DNA of 64,000 nucleotides from an uncultured Vampirovibrio sp. (GTDB lineage Bacteria; Cyanobacteriota; Vampirovibrionia; Gastranaerophilales; Gastranaerophilaceae): NCBI GenBank assembly GCA_910583725.1, contig CAJTXZ010000011.1, positions 6,219 to 70,218 of the forward strand, read 5' to 3'. Shown piece by piece: positions 56,341 to 64,000 of this stretch (position 1 is its first letter; each line of letters starts with the position of its first letter). The notes under the pieces were generated by a model. It saw only the letters and a program-made list of their open reading frames with translations, ran no database searches and was not told where the DNA came from. The position numbers and the translations under genes were made by a program.

Positions 56341-57147
56341 CTATTCTACACTTATAATTTTGCTCTTTATAGAAAATTTATCGTTATTTTTTTTGATGTT
56401 TATTACTTTGTATTCACCGGAAGCGCTTAGTGACGGCACATTTATGTGTTTTATGCCGTTTTCATCCTCAATTTCAAATTCTTCATTTTCATGACCTGAA
56501 ATAATTGCCCTCACATTATCAAAACCTGATAATAATTTAATGTAGCTTTCTCTGTTGTAGGTGGTTTTTGTCTGCTCCTTCATCTTGACGATTGGGAAAT
56601 GCTGCACTATTATTACATCTTTATCCTTATATTTAATCAAATACTTTTCAAGGGCTATTAATTCCTTGTCCTTGAAATATCCTCTGGGCAAAGAGGCCAT
56701 CTCGTTTGTGCCGTCCATAAAAATAAATGTAAAACCATCTATATTTTTTGCATATGGCAGTTTTGAAATTTTATTCTTTGAAAATTTGTTTAAAAGCCTG
56801 TAATATTCATCCTTGTCAAGGCGTTTTGCCCTTTGAATATCTTTATTACCAAGGCCTGCATAAACAGGCTTTCTTATTTTGTTGATAATTTTTGCAAACA
56901 TAACAAGGTCATATTTATCAGCCTTCGCAACGTTATTGCCAAGAAATACAACAAATTTGCTTCCAGAATGATTAATGTCATCCTTTGCCCTTAAAAGGTT
57001 TTGTATAGATGGAGTCAGGGCATTTTCCATCTTGTCTGATTTTAAGCACACATCAGATATTGCAGTAAAAGTAACATCGCTGCAATATCCCTCTGTCTGT
57101 AAAAATAATATAAATGTTAGTATTAATAATGCTTTCAAAAATTTCAT
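56341..57147 (-). CDS. secreted calcineurin-like metallophosphoesterase (tentative)
   Basis: Signal peptide. Weak motifs FVVFLGNNV and ISGHENEE in the positions of the GN(H/D) and GH motifs. Confidence 0.6.
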   Translation of the reverse strand: MKFLKALLILTFILFLQTEGYCSDVTFTAISDVCLKSDKMENALTPSIQNLLRAKDDINHSGSKFVVFLGNNVAKADKYDLVMFAKIINKIRKPVYAGLGNKDIQRAKRLDKDEYYRLLNKFSKNKISKLPYAKNIDGFTFIFMDGTNEMASLPRGYFKDKELIALEKYLIKYKDKDVIIVQHFPIVKMKEQTKTTYNRESYIKLLSGFDNVRAIISGHENEEFEIEDENGIKHINVPSLSASGEYKVINIKKNNDKFSIKSKIISVE

Positions 57148-57262
57148 AGAGCCTATTATACATCAATATAAAAAGAATGGAAACATAATTGAAATTTTTA
57201 CGTCAACAAATTTAAGAAGAGATGGAATTTTAACTTTAATAAGAAGGGGATTTTGGGAAGTG

Positions 57263-58210
57263 ATGAAGGATTCATTAAACAGAAAAGAATTTTATGATGA
57301 ATATGAATTATTAGAGCAAAATTTTGAGGATGAAGAAGCGAATGAGGATATAAAAACCTTTAATACAATTGCAAATAAGGATGAAATTTTGCAGATGTAT
57401 TTAAAGGACATAGGCAAGATTAAGCTTTTAAACAGGTCAAATGAAACGTTAATTGGAAAAACCATAAAAGAAGGCACAAAAAAAGAAGCAAAGATAGCAA
57501 GAAAAAAGCTTATTCAGGCAAATTTAAGGCTTGTTGTCAGTATTGCAAAAAAATACACAGGCCAGGGAATTTTGTTTATGGATTTAGTGCAGGAAGGCTC
57601 TCTTGGGCTTATAAAGGCAGCTGAAAGGTTTGACTACACAAAGGGATTTAAATTTTCAACCTATGCCACCTGGTGGATAAAACAAACAATAATAAGGGCT
57701 ATAGCCAATAATTCAAGAACAATAAGAATTCCTGTACATATGAGTGATAAGATAAGAACTTTGAAGAAGGCTCTTGTAAAACTGCACGTTGAATTAGGCA
57801 GAGAACCATCTGATGAAGAACTGGCGGATTATTTAAAGCTTGATGTTAAGAAAATTAAATCCATAAAAAAGGCTATGATAAAAGAGCCCGTAAGCCTAGA
57901 TACGCCTGTTGCGCAGGATTTGTGTCTTGAAGATTATATAAGGGATGATTTTAAAAGGCTCCCTGACGTCAAAACCGAGAAGGAATTTTTAAATAGAGAC
58001 ATAATAAAGGCTCTTGATATCTTATCGGAGAAAGAAAGGTTTATAATAATTAATCGTTTCGGGCTTTGCGGCCGCAATACGAAAACCCTTGAAGAATTAG
58101 GCAAAATATTAGGGTTTTCAAAGGAAAGGATAAGACAAATTGAAGGCGAAGCCCTCAAAAAACTCCGAAAATCAAAGGATACTAGCGAACTTAAGAATTA
58201 TTTAACGTAA
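57263..58210 (+). CDS. RNA polymerase sigma-70 family factor (group 1/2-like, short N-terminus)
   Basis: Region 2: ANLRLVVSIAKKYTGQGILFMDLVQEGSLGLIKAAERFDYTKGFKFSTYATWWIKQTIIRAI. Region 4.2: TLEELGKILGFSKERIRQIEGEALKKLR. The ATG at 57263 with a GGGAAG RBS avoids overlapping the convergent gene. Confidence 0.9.
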   Translation: MKDSLNRKEFYDEYELLEQNFEDEEANEDIKTFNTIANKDEILQMYLKDIGKIKLLNRSNETLIGKTIKEGTKKEAKIARKKLIQANLRLVVSIAKKYTGQGILFMDLVQEGSLGLIKAAERFDYTKGFKFSTYATWWIKQTIIRAIANNSRTIRIPVHMSDKIRTLKKALVKLHVELGREPSDEELADYLKLDVKKIKSIKKAMIKEPVSLDTPVAQDLCLEDYIRDDFKRLPDVKTEKEFLNRDIIKALDILSEKERFIIINRFGLCGRNTKTLEELGKILGFSKERIRQIEGEALKKLRKSKDTSELKNYLT

Positions 58211-58703
58211 GCTTTTTATAGTTTTAATTTTTGCCGGGGTGACGGTTTATTATTAAGCATCTTTAAAATTTAAACAATTTAATTGACAGCTCCAATTGAC
58301 ATATATTGCTGCAATCCATACAAGCAGAATATATAATTACCGTCATACCCCGCTTTTTATAAGTTTTTTGTTTAAATGTGGATTTTTAAATTTTTTTGTA
58401 ACCTTTATTTTAACCTCTGCCTTTTGCAGAGGCATTATTTTGGGCAATTGTATTTAATGTTCAGATAGTGCTCTTGTTTTTTTTGTAATGGAGGGCTTTA
58501 TGCCACAAGATAGCGTTCTTATTAAGTTTTATAAGTGAAATATTTTGGTAATAAATGCATTTAATGACGGATATAAAACCTTATTTAATTACCTTTGTTA
58601 ATTCTTTTTGCCGGCAAAAGCTAAAATGCTCTTTCCAGTATTGCAAATATGTGATTATCTGATATTATGTATTATACAAAAAAGATTGTGGCGAGGTTTT
58701 TTT

Positions 58704-59270
58704 ATGTTAGGTGTAAACAGAATTGCGGTTGGCCAAAGAATGGGTTTTAAAGGTTCAGATAAGCCCAAAAAAGATTCGAATAAAAACAAGGATAATATAT
58801 TTAGCGAAATAAGCCGGATACATACTAAATGTATTGTGAGCAATTCAATAAATCTTTCAAAAAACAGAGAAGAAAAAAACGGTAAATTTCTTGTTGCACA
58901 AGCTTCTCTGCTAACCCTTGGGGGTATTTTTTATGCTGTTTCTGAAGGGCGAAGCATTATTAAAAAAACGACAAAGCATGGAATTGGTAAGCTTATCGGT
59001 CTTATAATGCTTGCAGATGGATTAATGATTGGTGCAATAAACAAAAATGACGCTGATAAAACTAAAAAAGAAAGAGGTATAAAAGATATAGTGACAACGC
59101 CTGAAATGGAAAATGCAATAAAAGAACAAAAAGAACTTACACAGAGAATTGACGAAGAAAATTTAAAGGCACTTAAACAAGACTATGATAATATTGTGAA
59201 TGCCTCTGATGGCGCTGCTTCTGATAACAATATTAAAACGGATGAACAATCAGAAAAACAGACTGATTAA
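58704..59270 (+). CDS. hypothetical membrane protein
   Basis: Two hydrophobic segments (LVAQASLLTLGGIFYAV, LIGLIMLADGLMIGAI). Start chosen at the internal ATG 58704. Confidence 0.5.
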   Translation: MLGVNRIAVGQRMGFKGSDKPKKDSNKNKDNIFSEISRIHTKCIVSNSINLSKNREEKNGKFLVAQASLLTLGGIFYAVSEGRSIIKKTTKHGIGKLIGLIMLADGLMIGAINKNDADKTKKERGIKDIVTTPEMENAIKEQKELTQRIDEENLKALKQDYDNIVNASDGAASDNNIKTDEQSEKQTD

Positions 59271-59290
59271 TTCTAATATGAGTTTTTTAC

Positions 59291-59334
59291 AATAATGCGG
59301 TATATATTTGATTATATACCGCATTATTTTTTAT
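59291..59334 (+). terminator. 16-bp-stem hairpin terminator
   Basis: aataatgcggtatata (59291-306) / tatataccgcattatt (59313-328) followed by tttt. Confidence 0.6.
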
Positions 59335-59346
59335 AGGCTTATCTAC

Positions 59347-59392
59347 GCGCTTCAATAACTGCTTGTGCCGCCGCAACTTTTTACCTGTGGTA
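59347..59392 (-). repeat. degenerate duplicate of the last ~15 codons of ppdK
   Basis: gcgcttcaataactgcttgtgccgccgcaa (59347-76) is identical to 59434-63 inside the ppdK 3' end. Similarity continues imperfectly through cctgtggta. Confidence 0.85.
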
Positions 59393-59425
59393 AAAATGCA
59401 GCTTGTCTGCAATCGAAGGCAAGGC

Positions 59426-62074
59426 TTATTTTTGCGCTTCAATAACTGCTTGTGCCGCCGCAAGCCTTGCCTGTGGTACACGGAAGGGCGAGCATGAAAC
59501 ATAATCAAGCCCAATCTTGTGACAGAATTTAACGCTGTCAGGGTCTCCGCCGTGTTCTCCACAAACCCCGCCAACAAGCGAAGGATTAACCTTTCTGCCC
59601 TTTTCCATAGACATTTCGATTAACTGCCCTACGCCTTTTGTATCAAGGCTTTCAAACGGGTTTCTGTCAAGAATTTTTTCTTCAACATATTTATTCAGGA
59701 ATTTACCCTCGGCATCATCCCTTGAATACCCGAATGTCATCTGTGTCAGGTCGTTTGTGCCGAATGAGAAGAATTCAGCATACTCTGCAATCTCATCTGC
59801 AGTTAAAGCAGCACGCGGAATTTCAATCATAGTGCCGAATTTGTATTCAACCTCGACGCCTTTTTGAGCAATTACATCCTTTGCAGTCTTAACCAGAATG
59901 TCTTTTACGGTCTTAAGTTCATTAACATGGCCGATTAATGGCACCATAACCCACGGTTTTACGGCATAACCTTCTTTCTTTAAATCGCAGCAGGCCTCAA
60001 AAATTGCCCTTACCTGCATAACATTTATTTCAGGATATGTTAAACCAAGGCGGCAGCCTCTTAAACCCATCATCGGGTTAGATTCAGATAATCCTTCAAC
60101 AATATGAAGCATTTCTTCCTTTTCCTTGTAATCCTGATTTAGTGCCTTTAATGTTGCAACTTCTTTAATTAATTCTTCCTTTGAAGGTAAAAATTCATGT
60201 AATGGCGGGTCTAAAAGTCTTACGGTTAAAGGCTTGTCGCCAAGCGCTTTAAACATAGAATAAAAATCAGAGTACTGCATTGGAAGAAGTTTATCCAGTG
60301 CTTCTTTGCGCGCTTCGGGTGTTCCTGCAATAATCATCTTCTGTACCCAGGGAAGCCTGTCAGGGTCCATAAACATATGCTCTGTACGGCACAGGCCAAC
60401 ACCTTCAGCGCCGAATTTAAGCGCATTTTCAATATCTTTTGGCGTATCAGCGTTTGCCTCAACCTTCATTGTCCTTATTTCATCAACCCAAGCGAAGAAT
60501 GTATTCCAGTTCTCATCAATCTGTGCCTCAACCAATTGAACCGCACCCTCCATAACAAGGCCCTTTCCGCCATCAAGCGAAATAATATCATCCTTGTGAT
60601 AAATTGTGCCATCACAGCCTGTCAGTGTTTCATTGGCAAGGTCAATCTTTAAATCTTCACATCCTGATACGCAAGGTTTTCCCATACCTTTTGCAACAAC
60701 GGCAGCATGGGATGTTGCACCGCCTCTTAAGGTTAAAACACCCTGAGAAACTGCCATTCCGTGAATATCATCCGGGCATGTTTCAATTCTTACAAGAATT
60801 ACCTTTTCACCGGCTTCACCCCTTTTTGCTGCTTCTTCCGTATCAAAAACAATTTTACCTACAGCAGCACCCGGTGAAGCATTTACGCCGCTGCATATTT
60901 TATGTGCAGCCTCAAGCGCCTTGTTATCAAAGCATGGAAGAAGGATTTGATTAACCGTATAAGGATCAACAATTTCTATCGCCCTTTCTTTTGTTATAAT
61001 TCCTTCTTTCTGCATTTCAACAGCAATTCTTATGGCCGCTGCAGCAGTTCTTTTACCGTTCCTTGTCTGCAATATCCACAATTTGCCTTTTTCAATGGTA
61101 AATTCCATATCCTGAACATCTTTATAACGAAGTTCAAGTTTTTTTGCTATATCAACATATTGTCTGTATAAATCAGGCATTTCTGTCTCTAATTCTGATA
61201 TCGGCTTAGGTGTTCTAATGCCTGCAACAACATCTTCGCCCTGTGCGTTGGTTAAATATTCACCATAGAAAGCGTTTTCGCCGGTTGCAGGGTTTCTTGT
61301 AAATGAAACGCCTGTGGCGCAGTCATCGCCCATATTTCCAAACACCATAGTTTGAACATTTACAGCAGTTCCATAATTGTGGTCAATTTTGTTCATATTT
61401 CTGTATGCAACAGCACGCGGAATATTCCAAGACCTGAATACTGCTTCAATTGCCTCTTGAAGCTGCACATAAGGGTCTTGCGGGAATTCTTTTCCTGTCA
61501 CCTCTTTAATAACGTTTTTATATACAGGAATTAAAGATTTCCATCCTTCTGCTGAAATTTTTGTATCTTCCTTAACCCCTTCTCTTTCTTTAACCTTTTC
61601 AACCTCTGATTCAAAATATTTTTGTCTGTCCATATCCCACGCAACAGAGCCAAACATTGTTAAAAAGCGGCGATAGCTGTCATAACAAAAGCGCGGATTG
61701 TTTGTTAATCTAATCATAGCCTCAACAGTTTCATCATTTAGGCCAAGGTTTAAAATTGTTTCCATCATACCTGGCATTGAAAGTCTGGCGCCAGACCTAA
61801 CGGACACAAGAAGCGGGTTTTGGCTGTCGCCGAATTTTTTTCCTGTCTGCATTTCAACAATGGTCAAAGCTGCCTTTACTTCATCCATTAAATCAACAGG
61901 CATTTGATTTCCGTTGTTTATATAATCCATGCAGGTTTCAGTGGTAATTGTAAGCCCCGGAGGCACCGGAAGCCCTGCATTGGTCATTTCGGCAAGGTTT
62001 GCACCTTTTCCGCCAAGAAGGTCTCTCATTTGAGCATTTCCTTCACGGAAAAGCCATACGCGCTTTTCTGTCAT
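59426..62074 (-). CDS. ppdK: pyruvate, phosphate dikinase
   Basis: 882 aa. ATP-grasp N-terminus (GGKGANLAEM), phosphohistidine motif RGGATSHAAVVAKGMGKPCV, PEP/pyruvate domain (GLCRTEHMF, FFSFGTNDLTQ, GVCGEHGGDP). Confidence 0.95.
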   Translation of the reverse strand: MTEKRVWLFREGNAQMRDLLGGKGANLAEMTNAGLPVPPGLTITTETCMDYINNGNQMPVDLMDEVKAALTIVEMQTGKKFGDSQNPLLVSVRSGARLSMPGMMETILNLGLNDETVEAMIRLTNNPRFCYDSYRRFLTMFGSVAWDMDRQKYFESEVEKVKEREGVKEDTKISAEGWKSLIPVYKNVIKEVTGKEFPQDPYVQLQEAIEAVFRSWNIPRAVAYRNMNKIDHNYGTAVNVQTMVFGNMGDDCATGVSFTRNPATGENAFYGEYLTNAQGEDVVAGIRTPKPISELETEMPDLYRQYVDIAKKLELRYKDVQDMEFTIEKGKLWILQTRNGKRTAAAAIRIAVEMQKEGIITKERAIEIVDPYTVNQILLPCFDNKALEAAHKICSGVNASPGAAVGKIVFDTEEAAKRGEAGEKVILVRIETCPDDIHGMAVSQGVLTLRGGATSHAAVVAKGMGKPCVSGCEDLKIDLANETLTGCDGTIYHKDDIISLDGGKGLVMEGAVQLVEAQIDENWNTFFAWVDEIRTMKVEANADTPKDIENALKFGAEGVGLCRTEHMFMDPDRLPWVQKMIIAGTPEARKEALDKLLPMQYSDFYSMFKALGDKPLTVRLLDPPLHEFLPSKEELIKEVATLKALNQDYKEKEEMLHIVEGLSESNPMMGLRGCRLGLTYPEINVMQVRAIFEACCDLKKEGYAVKPWVMVPLIGHVNELKTVKDILVKTAKDVIAQKGVEVEYKFGTMIEIPRAALTADEIAEYAEFFSFGTNDLTQMTFGYSRDDAEGKFLNKYVEEKILDRNPFESLDTKGVGQLIEMSMEKGRKVNPSLVGGVCGEHGGDPDSVKFCHKIGLDYVSCSPFRVPQARLAAAQAVIEAQK

Positions 62075-62299
62075 AACAGCATTTTCTCCTTTTAATCTTT
62101 TTCATAAAAATAAAATATAAAGAAATATTAACATAAAACCTGCCTGCATGACAAATTTTTATACCTTTGTGTTTTATATAAGCATAAATTCGCATATTGT
62201 GCATATTTAATTATTTAAATGGTCTGCTTTAGGCTCATAAAGTCGTATTCCCCAACAAATAATATTGGTTTAGAAAGCAAGAAGGAAATATTTATTACA

Positions 62300-62971
62300 A
62301 TGAAGAAAATTCGAATTTTTGTAGTAGAAGACTATTCGCAGCTAAGAAAAATATACACCTGCGCCTTATCTCAAATGAAAGATTTTGAAGTAACGGGAGA
62401 TTTTTCAAATGCAGAAGAGTGCATTAATTCTCTAGAAAAAACTCCATGTGATGTTATATTAATGGATTTGGGGCTTCCTTGCATGAATGGTCTTGAAGCA
62501 ACACAAATTATAGCCTCAAAATATCCTGATAAAAAGGTTGTAATCTTAACTTCCCATGAAGAAGAGCAGGAAGTGCTTGCTTGTATGGCATCAGGCGCAT
62601 CGGGGTATCTTTTAAAGGATGTTGACCTTGATGTTTTAGAAAAGGTTATTAAAATTGTTAATTTCGGCGCGCTCTGGTTTGACCCGCAGATAGCTCACGT
62701 TGCAAAATCCGCCTTTCCAAAGCCAAATTCAACCAATTTTGAAAATCTTTACTGTAAATATAATCTCAAAGACGTTAAAGACTCTTTAACCAAAAAAGAG
62801 CGCGAAGTTTTAAAACTTGTATCCGAAGGCAAGTCAAATACTGAAATTGCAGAGATTTTAATGGTGAGCGCAAACACAGCAAAAGTTCACGTCGGGAATA
62901 TCTTAAGTAAATTATCCGTAACAGACAGGGTTCAGGCAGCTGTTCTTGCAGTCAAGGCAAGGCTTTTTTAA
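62300..62971 (+). CDS. NarL/LuxR-family response regulator
   Basis: REC domain (IFVVEDY...VILMDLGLP...VVILTS). LuxR HTH LTKKEREVLKLVSEGKSNTEIAEILMVSANTAKVHVGNILSKL. ATG at 62300 after GAAGGAAA. Confidence 0.85.
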   Translation: MKKIRIFVVEDYSQLRKIYTCALSQMKDFEVTGDFSNAEECINSLEKTPCDVILMDLGLPCMNGLEATQIIASKYPDKKVVILTSHEEEQEVLACMASGASGYLLKDVDLDVLEKVIKIVNFGALWFDPQIAHVAKSAFPKPNSTNFENLYCKYNLKDVKDSLTKKEREVLKLVSEGKSNTEIAEILMVSANTAKVHVGNILSKLSVTDRVQAAVLAVKARLF

Positions 62972-63153
62972 GCGCTCCACGGTTAAAATGGCCTGTTTAA
63001 TGTGTTTTTGCTCTCCGAATAAGTCTAAAACACTTTAATAGTATCATTTTCACGCCTCATGAAATTTTTAGCATTTTTACTGGGATTTTTGCTTAAGGCC
63101 CTGTGCAAAAAATAATAGCAAATAACGGCACTAAAATGCCATTCTCAAGTGCA

Positions 63154-64000
63154 TCATAGTTTGGATTCAAAGTTTAACCTTGAAAAACGCCATCCAAAAA
63201 GCGCACCAAAAAAGAGCATTGCCGCCCCAAGCAGAATAAAGGTGTTTGAAATACCTATAAATTCTGCAATAGAGCCTGCAACAAAGCTGCTTATAGATGT
63301 TGTGCCAACATAACATATTGCATTCAGGCTCATTACTCTTCCTCTTTTATCGTCATCCACAATGGCCTGTGTTAAGGTATTATCAGGCGTTATAGATGAT
63401 GTCATACCAAGCCCCACCATAAACATAGCAATTATTGATATAATTTTTGTATGCGTAAGACCCAATGTTACAAAGCCGATACTGAATACAACAGCACCCG
63501 CAAATAATACTCTCCTTAAGCCTATAAGACTTGTTTTTGCCGCCAAAAATAATGAAGAAACAAGGGCGCCAATACCTGCTGCAGCCATTAAAAAGCCAAG
63601 AGTATCAGCATTTTCAGCCAAAACCTCCGATGTATAAATCGGCATAAGCATAGGATATGTCATTCCAATAAAGCTAAAAACCGCAAGATATAATAAAAGT
63701 GTACTTATCTGGGGCGTCTTTGCCGCATACTCAAACCCTTCTTTCAGCCCTTCAAGTATGCCTTCATTTTTAACATGTTCGCACTTCACATCCTTAATAT
63801 TTAACATCTTTACAAGAAATATTATTGGCAGAATGCAAACAAAGTTTACTAAAAAACAAACCTTAACACCGGCATGGGCAATTAAAAGCCCGGCAATTGC
63901 AGGCCCTAATAGTCTTGCAACATTAAAACAGGTAGAATTCAATGATATTGCATTTCCAAGGTCCTTAGAATCATCCACAAGACACACAAAAGTTGATTGC
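63154..64000 (-). CDS. MFS transporter (N-terminus beyond the window edge)
   Basis: Continuous hydrophobic helices. LGPAIAGLLIAHAG and the loop motif DDDKRGRVMSL are typical of MFS (EntS/MFS_3-like) proteins. The frame stays open to the window end. Confidence 0.75.
   Translation of the reverse strand, partial: QSTFVCLVDDSKDLGNAISLNSTCFNVARLLGPAIAGLLIAHAGVKVCFLVNFVCILPIIFLVKMLNIKDVKCEHVKNEGILEGLKEGFEYAAKTPQISTLLLYLAVFSFIGMTYPMLMPIYTSEVLAENADTLGFLMAAAGIGALVSSLFLAAKTSLIGLRRVLFAGAVVFSIGFVTLGLTHTKIISIIAMFMVGLGMTSSITPDNTLTQAIVDDDKRGRVMSLNAICYVGTTSISSFVAGSIAEFIGISNTFILLGAAMLFFGALFGWRFSRLNFESKL

Noticed and set aside
56975-57262. Long N-terminal extension of the sigma-factor ORF. Similar 5' extensions occur at 2385, 3223, 17808, 37093, 46524, 52934, 58608 and 62219.
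   Set aside because: The extensions overlap neighbouring genes or lack homology. Internal starts with RBSs give proteins beginning where the family or signal peptide begins.
59287-59577. 96-aa ORF with an internal LRRHKQLLKR repeat
   Set aside because: It is an out-of-frame translation of the duplicated ppdK 3' end and overlaps the real ppdK coding region.
1-64000. Search for tRNA, rRNA, tmRNA, transposase, integrase or prophage genes
   Set aside because: By eye, no intergenic gap showed a cloverleaf-compatible sequence or rRNA-like conservation, and no ORF showed DDE, tyrosine-recombinase or serine-recombinase motifs. A tRNAscan/Infernal run would be needed to be certain.

Overview
An AT-rich bacterial chromosomal segment, densely coded on both strands. 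All calls come from reading the supplied ORF translations and the DNA by eye; no database search was run.

Recognisable content:
- A contiguous Tad/Cpa pilus-secretion core (cpaB-cpaC-cpaE-cpaF-tadB-tadC), followed on the same strand by ribD-aroQ-thiL-ispD.
- Central metabolism and housekeeping genes: pgk, ppdK, trxB, tmk, queE, a DnaJ-like protein and a sigma-70 factor.
- Many signalling genes: GAF/HD-GYP, GGDEF/HD-GYP, a GAF histidine kinase and a LuxR-type response regulator.
- Envelope genes that suggest a diderm: a secretin, a GT9 heptosyltransferase and a LemA/TPM pair.
- One RelE/ParE-type toxin-antitoxin pair.
- Many lineage-specific hypothetical proteins.

I found no rRNA, tRNA, CRISPR array, transposase or integrase.

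Most interesting observations:
1. A dispersed ~180-nt extended-hairpin element, three copies at ~29.8, 40.6 and 53.1 kb. Flank and internal-loop motifs are conserved, while the long central stem differs between copies and stays perfectly paired.
2. An orphan soluble protein that is a full FlhA/SctV cytoplasmic domain with no membrane export-gate domain.
3. A regulator made of four tandem GntR-type winged-helix domains.
4. A set of otherwise unrelated effector-like hypothetical proteins (kinase-like, HExxH, possible ART-like). They share an N/Q-rich N-terminus ending in a short [S/T/G]-F-x-[G/A] motif and have no classical signal peptide.
5. A local duplication of the ppdK 3' end.

I could not identify one clearly delimited novel multi-gene system. 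The items above are the best candidates.
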